The position numbers and the translations under genes were made by a program. Below are positions 1 through 7,524 of a DNA stretch of 32,000 nt, piece by piece (position 1 is the stretch's first letter; each line of letters begins with the position of its first letter). The notes below the pieces were generated by a model, which saw nothing but the letters and a program-made list of their open reading frames with translations, was not told where the DNA came from and did no database searches. Source of the DNA: Gemmata obscuriglobus (GTDB lineage Bacteria > Planctomycetota > Planctomycetia > Gemmatales > Gemmataceae); NCBI RefSeq assembly GCF_008065095.1, contig NZ_CP042911.1, positions 2,010,001-2,042,000 of the forward strand, written 5' to 3'.

Positions 1-58
1 CACAAGTCCCAAGTCGAAGAGCTGCCCACTGCGGAAGCTCTTCGACTTGGGACTTGTG
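1..58 (-). terminator. Perfect 22-bp inverted repeat (hairpin) just downstream of the 85..1707 minus-strand CDS. It may continue beyond the window edge.
   Basis: 1-22 (cacaagtcccaagtcgaagagc) is the exact reverse complement of 37-58, with a 14-nt loop. It starts 27 nt past the stop codon at 85-87. No T-tract is visible because the window ends. Confidence 0.55.
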
Positions 59-84
59 ACTTTTCTGACCTGAGACCTGCAAAC

Positions 85-1707
85 TTAGAAATCGTCGCCG
101 AGGACTTCGCCGCCCGCCGGTGAGAGCAACGCGCCGAGCGTCTTGTCACTGATGCCGTCCGCGATGAACCGCACCGAGCCGTCCCAGAGCAGCGCCTGGA
201 ACCCGCCCTTAAACTGACCGCCGAACTTCTTCTTCAAGTCTTTGGGAAGCTCCTTTCCAGGGAGCATGACATCGTCGGGCTTCGTCCAGACGACGGGATC
301 GGCCGCCTCAACCACTGCCAGCGTGTTGGACGTACCGTCGGTGATAAAAACCAGAGTGGTCGCCAGCGGGGGCATCGCCTTCGGCCCGATCACCATTTGC
401 AGGTTCGTGTAGCCCGGCTTACCCGGCTTCTGGACCGGAGCATAGATGTTGGGCATCTTCTCGATCAGCTTCTTGTTGTTCTCGGAGTCCCACGGCTCGT
501 CGAGCTTGAACTGCTTGTACAGCGCGTCCTGCTCGAGGTACGGCAGGAGGGCGACCCGCCAGCTCAGCAGCGGTTTGTCGGTCGCTTTCGTGAGCCTGGT
601 GCCATTCGCCCCGGTGCCGTGAATCGGAATCCACGCGTTGCTGTCGTGGAAGTTGTGCAGCGCGAGGCCGATCATTTTTAGGTTGTTCGACACCTTCATC
701 CGCGCGGCGGCCTCGCGCACTTTCTTGGCCCCTTCCACCACCATTGTGCCGAAGTCAAAGTCGGCCTTGTAGTCGGCGACCAGTGTGACGTCCGAGCCGC
801 TCACCTCCAGCTTCGCGCCCGCGAGGGCGCGGTCGGCCTCCTTCACCGCTGCGAGCAGCGGGCCGAGGTCCTCAGTGCCCTGACGCTTCAGGAACTTCGC
901 GATCTCGTCGGTTGCGACTTTGATGAACTCCTGACCCTTGTCCTTCGCTTTGCCCGCAGCATCGGCGTCGGCGAACGCCGCGCGCCCGGCAAGGACGAGC
1001 GTTTTGTCTTTCAGGTTCCCGGTCACGGTTACGGCCCGTGCGGCGAGCAGCGGGCCAACATCGCCCATCTCGCGGCCGTTCTTTAGTTCGTTAGGCAATT
1101 TGTCGAGCTGGACGTGGGCGAACAGCGTGTGCCCCGCGGCGGCCTTTGACAGGTCCGGGGTGAGCGGCCAGCCGGCGCGGTCCTTCGCGTACCCGTCGAG
1201 GTACTTTTTCCGCAAGCTTCGGGTCAGCACCACGAGCGTTTTGTCGTCCGGGAAGTGCGCGTCCGCCGTGGGTGAAACGATGTAGCACCCGTCCGCGTCC
1301 GGCTCCGTGCCCTGTTTGATTCCGAACGCCCCGTTCTTGGGGATCGCAGTGTTGGCCTTCACGATCAGGACGAGTTGCGGCCCGTCGCGCTCTGTCACGT
1401 CGGTCACGCAGACCGTCACGGCGTCGACATCGGACGGCTTGAAACCGGTCTGACTGGCGAACCCCTTCTCGACCTCGTTCCACTCGGCTGCGCCACCGGC
1501 CTTCGTGAACGCTTGCCTGATTTCTGCGAACAGGGCGCCGTCGCGGATCTGCTTTATGTCAACGTGCGCGAAAGCGACGTAATCGGATTTCACCGCCGTA
1601 GGCGGGGCGGACGGGTCGGGTGCGGCTTCCTTCTTGCGACACGCCGGCACAACGGTCAGCCCGAAGAGCAAGAGGCCGAACGGCACCAGGAACGACCGGC
1701 GGAACAT
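85..1707 (-). CDS. Lipoprotein with a C-terminal DUF1559 (H-X9-DG type) domain and no prepilin-type leader
   Basis: 540-aa ORF. N-terminal signal plus lipobox (LTVVPAC). The C-terminal third carries typical DUF1559 strings: [46 protein letters not shown], and [16 protein letters not shown] near the C-terminus. Confidence 0.85.
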   Translation of the reverse strand: [540 protein letters not shown]

Positions 1708-1746
1708 GACGCTCCTCCGTTTGGGGAAGGGATCACGAGGCGAAAC

Positions 1747-1986
1747 TCACCGCTTCAATCGCTCACGCACGGACTCCAGCACCGACTGCTCGTCGGGGAA
1801 CGTTCCGGTTTGGAGCTTCGAGTAGATTAACTCGCCGTTAACCGTGACCTCGAAGCACCCGCCGCCGGCGGGTACGAGCGTCAGCCCCTTCACTTTTTGT
1901 TTCAGACTCGTGAGCAGTGTGGCCGCCAGACTGACGGCTTTGGGCTCGTACCCTCAGAGCGAGCAGTACTTCAGTTCGATGTTCAT
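1747..1986 (-). CDS. SelW/SelT/SelH (Rdx) family selenoprotein, 79 codons, with in-frame TGA (Sec) at 1954-1956
   Basis: Manual translation from ATG 1986 gives MNIELKYCSL[TGA]GYEPKAVSLAATLLTSLKQKVKGLTLVPAGGGCFEVTVNGELIYSKLQTGTFPDEQSVLESVRERLKR, with stop TGA at 1747-1749. It has a CxxU motif and the GGxFEVxxNGxLIxSK...GxFP signature of the Rdx fold. GAGGAG lies about 9 nt upstream of the ATG. Confidence 0.85.
1912..1947 (-). promoter_or_regulatory. Candidate bacterial SECIS stem-loop downstream of the in-frame UGA
   Basis: On the mRNA strand: GAGC-CCAAA-GCCGUC-AGUCU-GGCGGC-CACACU-GCUC. That is a 6-bp upper stem (one G-U) with a 5-nt loop containing GU, closed by a 4-bp lower stem. It begins 6 nt after UGA, and the apical loop is about 21 nt from UGA. 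Confidence 0.4.
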
Positions 1987-2044
1987 TAACGTGTTCTCCT
2001 CGTTCGCGCCGTGCGAACGGGAGAATTGTAGGCACATTAACGGC

Positions 2045-2072
2045 GAACGCCCCGACTTGCGCCGGGGCGTTC
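2045..2072 (-). terminator. GC-rich 10-bp hairpin between the anti-sigma stop and the SelW-like start (possible attenuator or terminator)
   Basis: gaacgccccg (2045-2054) pairs perfectly with cggggcgttc (2063-2072), with an 8-nt loop. No clear U-tract follows on the minus strand. Confidence 0.3.
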
Positions 2073-2094
2073 GTTATTGACCAGAGGGAGGAAC

Positions 2095-2844
2095 TCAGGC
2101 GCCAGCCACACCCCCGCCGCGGTTAGCAAGGAGAAATGACTCGAGCCCGCTCGGCCCGCCGGTGTGGACGAACAGATACGTGACGTTTCCGCGGGACCCT
2201 TGTTTCACGAGTACTTGGGCCCGAGCGTGTGAACTGCTCACCTCGGGCACGTTCTTGAGGTTGAAGCCGCTGTCGTGTGGGAAGACGTAAACCACCGCGA
2301 ACCCGCCGTCCGTGCGGCTGCGGAACACGAGCACCGGCACGTCGCGCCCTTGAACCGTCTCGTGACCGCGGTAGGTGAGCAGGTCGTAATCGAACGGCAG
2401 CGGGAGCCGGTCTGGCAACCTCTGCGCCGCCAGCCACCGTTCGGTGCTCTCTTGCTTGTTCGCGGAAAGCTCGCCGTTGCGCTCGACCAGATGCGACACG
2501 TCGAGGGCGGGCCGCGTGTTCGAGATGACCCCCGCACCGATACCGATCAGGAGCAGCGCCGCAGTGGCCATCGCGGCGTACTGGTACACCTTCCGACGAA
2601 GTACCTCGCCCCGCTTGCTCGCGGCGTGCGCGACGAGCTTGCCCCGCAGGCCCGCGGGGACCGGGACGTTCACCATCGCGCGCCCCACCGCGCGGTCGAA
2701 TGAGGCGATCGCGCGGGCGTCCGCGGCGCACGCCGGGCAGGTCGCCAGGTGTTGGTCGAGCGGCGCCGTAACGTCCGCGCCGAGTTCGTCGGCCACTTGG
2801 CGCCGCATGCGGAGGTAAAATTGTGCGTCGCGGCAGTCCATCAC
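2095..2844 (-). CDS. Anti-sigma factor (zf-HC2 type), single-pass membrane protein
   Basis: The N-terminus has the zf-HC2 pattern (CRDAQFYL...HLATCPACAA). One TM helix (AAMATAALLLIGIGAGVI). The start (GTGATG) overlaps the stop of the upstream ECF sigma gene. Confidence 0.8.
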   Translation of the reverse strand: MMDCRDAQFYLRMRRQVADELGADVTAPLDQHLATCPACAADARAIASFDRAVGRAMVNVPVPAGLRGKLVAHAASKRGEVLRRKVYQYAAMATAALLLIGIGAGVISNTRPALDVSHLVERNGELSANKQESTERWLAAQRLPDRLPLPFDYDLLTYRGHETVQGRDVPVLVFRSRTDGGFAVVYVFPHDSGFNLKNVPEVSSSHARAQVLVKQGSRGNVTYLFVHTGGPSGLESFLLANRGGGVAGA

Positions 2845-3386
2845 GTCACCTTCTTCGGGCCGTCTCCTGAGAGGGCCGGTTGTTCCTGGTCGGCGCCGTC
2901 GGGCGGTGCCAGTCGCGACCGGAGGTACGCCTTCCCGCGGGCCAACCGCGACATCACCGTTCCGATCGGCAGTTCCATCTGATCGGCGATGTCGCGGTAG
3001 CTGAAGTCTTCAAAATAAAACAGAATGATCGGCGTTCGGAACGTTTCGTCCAGGTCGTTCAGCGCCTGCTGCAGTTTCGCCGGATCGATCTCGGGCATCT
3101 CGTCGGCCGAGCGCCCCGGCAGATCGCCGACCGCATCGAGCGGGACGACCCGGTGCCGCTTCTGGTCACGGACTTTGTGCAGGTACAGGTTCCGCAAAAT
3201 TCGGAACAGCCAGGCCCTGGCGCGATCGAGTTCGCGTAGCTGCGGCAACCGGGCGAGTGCCTTACCGAACGTCTCTTGCGTGAGGTCTTCGGCGTCCGAA
3301 GACGACCCGCTGAGCCGGTAGGCGTACCGGTAGAGTGCCTCGTAGTGGGCGTCGATCAACTGGTGCAACTCACCGTTCGACCCCAT
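2841..3386 (-). CDS. ECF-family RNA polymerase sigma-70 factor
   Basis: 181 aa. Sigma region 2 (YEALYRYAYRLSGSSSDAEDLTQETF) and region 4 HTH (FSYRDIADQMELPIGTVMSRLARGKAYLR). GAGGAG sits upstream of the ATG. Confidence 0.9.
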   Translation of the reverse strand: MGSNGELHQLIDAHYEALYRYAYRLSGSSSDAEDLTQETFGKALARLPQLRELDRARAWLFRILRNLYLHKVRDQKRHRVVPLDAVGDLPGRSADEMPEIDPAKLQQALNDLDETFRTPIILFYFEDFSYRDIADQMELPIGTVMSRLARGKAYLRSRLAPPDGADQEQPALSGDGPKKVT

Positions 3387-3836
3387 ACGCGATCCTCACT
3401 CCTCTACGAACCCACTTCCCGGCGTTTATTCCCAGCGGCAGAGAAGAAGTTCCTGTTCTCGTCCGGTGACTTCGCGTCCAGAACGAATTACGCGCGTTTG
3501 TTGTATTTCGTTGCGGGGCAACGAGACTCAAGAAGAACAGAGACGCCGCTCGAAACGGGAAAAATTGGGTCGACCGATTTTTTTTGGGAATAACCTTGGC
3601 GGGTTCGTATCTATGTGGGCGTGGGTGCTGCGACGCACCCGCAACTTGTAACATTCGATCCCTCGGAAATCATGAGCCTATCAGGGTTTGTGATGAATTC
3701 GTTGGGATCGAGTGAGCTACCGGTTGCGAAGGGGCGTCGGGTATCCAACAAAACAGAAGCCCGCGTTCCGGGATGCCCGGGGCGTGTCGAGCCTCTCTGT
3801 TGTTCCCACCAGTGTCACCGTTTTTGGAGAATCCCC

Positions 3837-3941
3837 ATGAAGAAGATCATCGCGATCCTGGTCGTTGCCCTGAGCGTCACCGCGGTTGTTGGCTGCGGCG
3901 GCACCAGCGCCACCACCGGCGCCCCGAGCACCAAGAAGTAA
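3837..3941 (+). CDS. Mini-lipoprotein (34 aa)
   Basis: MKKIIAILVVALSVTAVVGCGGTSATTGAPSTKK has a signal helix plus a VVGC lipobox. GGAGA lies 7 nt upstream of the ATG. Two short GC hairpins follow; the first is at 3948-3963. Confidence 0.55.
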   Translation: MKKIIAILVVALSVTAVVGCGGTSATTGAPSTKK

Positions 3942-4077
3942 GTCGCTGCCCGCTTATGCGGGCCGAACTTCTGAGAGGGTCGGCCGGATTCGTCCGGCTG
4001 GCTCTCTTGCCATTTCACGCCGGCTCGCGACACTTCCTCCGAACGCACACGCTTTCAATTTATCCCGAGGGCTTCTC

Positions 4078-4200
4078 GTGAGTCGCACCCTTGCCTACGT
4101 TTTGGTTTTTGTTTTGACCGTTAGTGCGATCGGGTGTGGTGGGGGGCGTGAGCGCGGCAAAAACAGTGACTTCGATCGGCCACAGCCGCAGAAAAAGTGA
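4078..4200 (+). CDS. Mini-lipoprotein (40 aa, GTG start), paralog-like to 3837..3941
   Basis: (V/M)SRTLAYVLVFVLTVSAIGCGGGRERGKNSDFDRPQPQKK has a signal helix plus an AIGC lipobox. GAGGG lies 6 nt upstream of the GTG. It shares the GCGG junction and the KK C-terminus with the neighbouring gene. Confidence 0.45.
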   Translation: MSRTLAYVLVFVLTVSAIGCGGGRERGKNSDFDRPQPQKK

Positions 4201-4245
4201 GCGCAGGTAAGCCGATGTACCGGTTCGCGGACCGGCACGCTCGCG

Positions 4246-5664
4246 TTACGCCAAGATCTCTTCCACCACGTTGCCTTTTACGTCGGTCAGCCGCTCGTCC
4301 TTGCCGTTGTGGAAGAACGTCAACTTCGTGTGGTCAAAGCCGAGCAGGTGCAGAATAGTGGCGTGCAGGTCGTGGACGTGGGCGCGGCCCTCAATGCCGT
4401 TGAGTCCGAACTCGTCCGTTTTGCCGTGCGTGAAGCCGCCTTTTACGCCGCCGCCGGCCATGAGCATGGAGAAGCCGTAAGGGTTGTGGTCGCGCCCGCT
4501 CACTCCCTCCGTCATCGGGGTGCGGCCGAACTCGCCGCCCCAGATCACTAGTGTGTCGTCGAGTAACCCGCGCTGCTTCAGGTCGCGGATCAGTGCCGCG
4601 CTCGGTTGGTCGGCGCGGAGGCACATCTTCGTGTGGTTGCCCTCGATATCCGCGTGGGCGTCCCACTGGCTCCCGGCCCCGCAATAGATTTGCACGAACC
4701 GCACGCCGCGCTCCACCAGACGCCGGGCCAGTAGGCACCGGTGGCCGAACTCTGCCGTCTCCTTGCGGTTGAGCCCGTACATCTCTTTCGTCTTGTCGCT
4801 CTCCTGGGTCAAGTCGACGGCCTCCGGGGCGCTGGCCTGCATCCGGAACGCCAGTTCGTAGGCCGCCTGGCGCGCGGCGAGTTCCGTATCCCCCGCCCGC
4901 TCACGCCGGTGGATCGCGTTGAGTTCGCTGATGAGGCCGAGCTTGTCCGTCTGACGGGCGGTGCTGACATCGGCCGGGGGAGCGAGGTTCAGAATCGGGT
5001 GCGCCCCGCTGCTGAAGTGGGTGCCCTGGTAGGTCGCGGGCATGTAGCCCGTTCCCCAGACGCGGGCGCCGCCGAACACCTGCCCGCTGCCCTCGGTGAA
5101 CACCACGAACCCCGGCAGGTTGCGGTTCACGCTCCCCAACCCGTACAGCGCCCAGGCGCCGAGGCTCGGCCGCCCCGCGAGGATGCTGCCGGTGTTCATC
5201 TGGCACACGCTGCCGACGTGGTTCAGCCCGTCGGCCCAGCACGCGCGGAGCAGGGTGAAGTCGTCGGCGCATTTCGCCATGTGCGGGAGCCAGTCGCTGA
5301 AGTCCATCCCGCTCTGACCGTGCTTTTTAAACCTCCGCTTGCTGGCGAGCAGGTTGTTGCCGCCGGTGCCCATTGGGGTGAGCACCTTGCCGAAACTCGC
5401 GGGCAGCGGCTTGCCGTGCTGCCGGGTGAGTTCGGGCTTGGGGTCGAGCAGATCGACGTGCGACGGGCCGCCTTCCATGAACAGGAAGATGACCCGCTTC
5501 GCCTTCGGCTCGAAGTGCGGCTTCTTCGGCCCCAGCGGGTCGGCAATTTTTGACCCGTCCGAAGCATCGCTCTCTGCAGAGAGCGCGGCCAGTGCCAGCG
5601 CACCGAACCCGCTTCCGGCAGAACGCAGGAAGTCGCGGCGCGAAGAGAACAGGGGAACGTGCAT
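4246..5664 (-). CDS. DUF1501 domain protein (sulfatase-like fold) with Tat signal
   Basis: 472 aa. Twin-arginine leader SRRDFLRSAGSGFGALALA. Typical DUF1501 strings: FLFMEGGPSHVDLLDPKP, IWGGEFGRTP, HNPYGFSMLMAGGGVKGG. Confidence 0.9.
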   Translation of the reverse strand: MHVPLFSSRRDFLRSAGSGFGALALAALSAESDASDGSKIADPLGPKKPHFEPKAKRVIFLFMEGGPSHVDLLDPKPELTRQHGKPLPASFGKVLTPMGTGGNNLLASKRRFKKHGQSGMDFSDWLPHMAKCADDFTLLRACWADGLNHVGSVCQMNTGSILAGRPSLGAWALYGLGSVNRNLPGFVVFTEGSGQVFGGARVWGTGYMPATYQGTHFSSGAHPILNLAPPADVSTARQTDKLGLISELNAIHRRERAGDTELAARQAAYELAFRMQASAPEAVDLTQESDKTKEMYGLNRKETAEFGHRCLLARRLVERGVRFVQIYCGAGSQWDAHADIEGNHTKMCLRADQPSAALIRDLKQRGLLDDTLVIWGGEFGRTPMTEGVSGRDHNPYGFSMLMAGGGVKGGFTHGKTDEFGLNGIEGRAHVHDLHATILHLLGFDHTKLTFFHNGKDERLTDVKGNVVEEILA

Positions 5665-6023
5665 GGAACTTCTCGGGGGCAGCAGCCGGGAAGGCTTCCC
5701 CCGTTTTACCCTCTGTAACCGGGCGTTGCATCAAGAGTTTTTGCGTTTTTGATGGGATAGCGTTGGCAGTTGTTGGTGAATCTGCGTAACGGCGTGAAAA
5801 AACGGTGATGAATCGGGGTGGGCGGCGCGGTAAACTCTGCTCCGAGATTCCGGGTACGGTCTGATGCCCTCCCGCGGACGCCTCCCGCTCACTCCCACCA
5901 AAACGCTGCCAGCTTTGGTGTGACTCCTGCCGTCACAGAGTCCGCGAACGGCCGGGCACCGGTCGTTTGTTCCGTTTATCACAGACGCGCCCGTTCGCAC
6001 ATCGGGCAAGGAGCGGTTAGAGG

Positions 6024-6815
6024 ATGTCGGAACTGTCCGAACCCACGGAAAACGCGTTCGGTTCGTCACCGCCCCCGAGCGCGCTGGAGTCGCCGTCCCT
6101 CTTCAGCCCCGGGGCGACGGAAGAGGCGGCCACGGCTTACGAAGTCAAGTTCCTGCTGACCGAGGCCGAGGCGGCGGAAGTCGCCGCCCGCGTTCACGGC
6201 CGGCTCGCGCTCGATCCGTACGCGGACCCCGCGATGGGGAACGCGTACCTCACGACGAGCGTTTACACCGACACGCCGAACTTCGACGTGTTCTACCGCA
6301 CCGACGGGTACGACCGCGACAAGTTCCGCGTCCGCCGGTACGGTGCCGTCGGCCCGGTTTTCGTCGAGCGCAAGACCAAGAACGGCGACAAGGTGCGCAA
6401 GCACCGCGCCCGCATCAATCCGGACGACGTGAGCGAACTCGTGGCGAGCGAGCTCAACGGCGAGTGGGCGGGCGAGTGGTTCCACAGCCAACTCCTGCAA
6501 CTGCAACTGAAGCCGGTGTGCCGCATCGCCTACGAGCGCGTCGCGTACCTGGGCACCGCCGACGGCGGCACCGTCCGCCTCACCTTCGACCGCAACGTGC
6601 GCGGGGTGCTTCTGTCCGAGTGGAAGCTGGAGCCCGTTGGCGCCGTGGCCCCGCTGCTAGACCGTGTGGTGTGCGAGTTCAAGTTCCGCAACACGATGCC
6701 GGCGCTGTTCAAAGGGATCGTCGCGGACCTCAAACTGACCCCGACGCCGGTGTCGAAGTACCGGACGTTCGTGCGCGCCACGGGACTGGCCCCGGTGAGG
6801 TCGGAGAATGGCTAA
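6024..6815 (+). CDS. VTC (polyphosphate polymerase/CYTH-like) domain protein
   Basis: 263 aa. YEVKFLL...TSVYTDTPNFDVFYR...RVRRYG...VFVERKTKNGDKVRKHR resembles the VTC domain beta-tunnel pattern. Confidence 0.7.
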   Translation: MSELSEPTENAFGSSPPPSALESPSLFSPGATEEAATAYEVKFLLTEAEAAEVAARVHGRLALDPYADPAMGNAYLTTSVYTDTPNFDVFYRTDGYDRDKFRVRRYGAVGPVFVERKTKNGDKVRKHRARINPDDVSELVASELNGEWAGEWFHSQLLQLQLKPVCRIAYERVAYLGTADGGTVRLTFDRNVRGVLLSEWKLEPVGAVAPLLDRVVCEFKFRNTMPALFKGIVADLKLTPTPVSKYRTFVRATGLAPVRSENG

Positions 6816-7512
6816 GCAGGGGCCGGAGGTTCCGTTCGAGGCAACGACCGAGTTGCCGGCGCTCACGGCCGAAGACATCGCGCTGCGACTCGTGTTCGCG
6901 GCCGGGTTCGGGATCGCGGCCGGGGCGGCGTACTACATCACGCAGCGAAAGGGGCGGGCGGAGTCGGCGTCGTTCGTGGCGACGATGGTGCTGCTGGCGA
7001 TCTTGCTCGGGATGGTGAGCATGGTGATCGGCACCAACATCGCCCGGGCGTTCGCGCTGGTGGGAGCGCTGTCCATCGTGCGGTTCCGCACGGTGGTCGA
7101 GGACACGCGCGACACCGCGTTCGTGATCTTCGCCGTGGTGGTGGGCATGGCGGCCGGGTCCGGGGCGTACCTGGTGGCCGCAATCGGCATCCCGATCGTG
7201 GGTTTGGTGGCGTGGCTTCTTGCGTACTGGGGTCGGAGCGGCGGGGCGCCTCCCCGCGCGACGCAGCAACCGCCGACGACCGTGGTGGTTCGCGTCGGGA
7301 TCGGGGTCGATCCCGATATGGCGCTCGCCGCGGTGTTTGCCAAACACACCAACGCGGCGGAACTGGTCGCGGCCGGAGTCGTGCGGCAGGGGACGGCACT
7401 GGACCTGACGTACTCGCTCCGGTTGCGAACCGGTGTGCCCCCGCTAACGCTCATCAGCGAGTTGAACCGCACGGAGGGGGTTCAAGGGGTGGACTGGAAG
7501 GCCGAAAAGTGA
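6808..7512 (+). CDS. DUF4956 domain membrane protein
   Basis: 234 aa with multiple TM helices. ARAFALVGALSIVRFRTVVEDTRDTAFVIFAVVVGMAAG is the typical DUF4956 core. It overlaps the preceding VTC gene by 8 nt. Confidence 0.75.
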   Translation: MAKQGPEVPFEATTELPALTAEDIALRLVFAAGFGIAAGAAYYITQRKGRAESASFVATMVLLAILLGMVSMVIGTNIARAFALVGALSIVRFRTVVEDTRDTAFVIFAVVVGMAAGSGAYLVAAIGIPIVGLVAWLLAYWGRSGGAPPRATQQPPTTVVVRVGIGVDPDMALAAVFAKHTNAAELVAAGVVRQGTALDLTYSLRLRTGVPPLTLISELNRTEGVQGVDWKAEK

Positions 7513-7524
7513 CCCGGTCGGTGC

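Noticed and set aside
1988-2044. Private promoter for the SelW-like gene (TACAAT on the minus strand about 40 nt upstream of the ATG)
   Set aside because: A -10-like TACAAT is present, but no acceptable -35 lies at 16-18 nt. I cannot distinguish this from read-through from the sigma/anti-sigma operon.
3387-3460. ECF-type autoregulatory promoter upstream of the sigma gene (GGAAC / GGAAT ... CGTA on the minus strand)
   Set aside because: GGAAC (about 3449-3453) and a TCGTA near 3404-3408 exist, but the spacings (about 18-24 nt) do not fit the usual 16-17 nt. The putative -10 would sit almost on the SD. Too weak to call.
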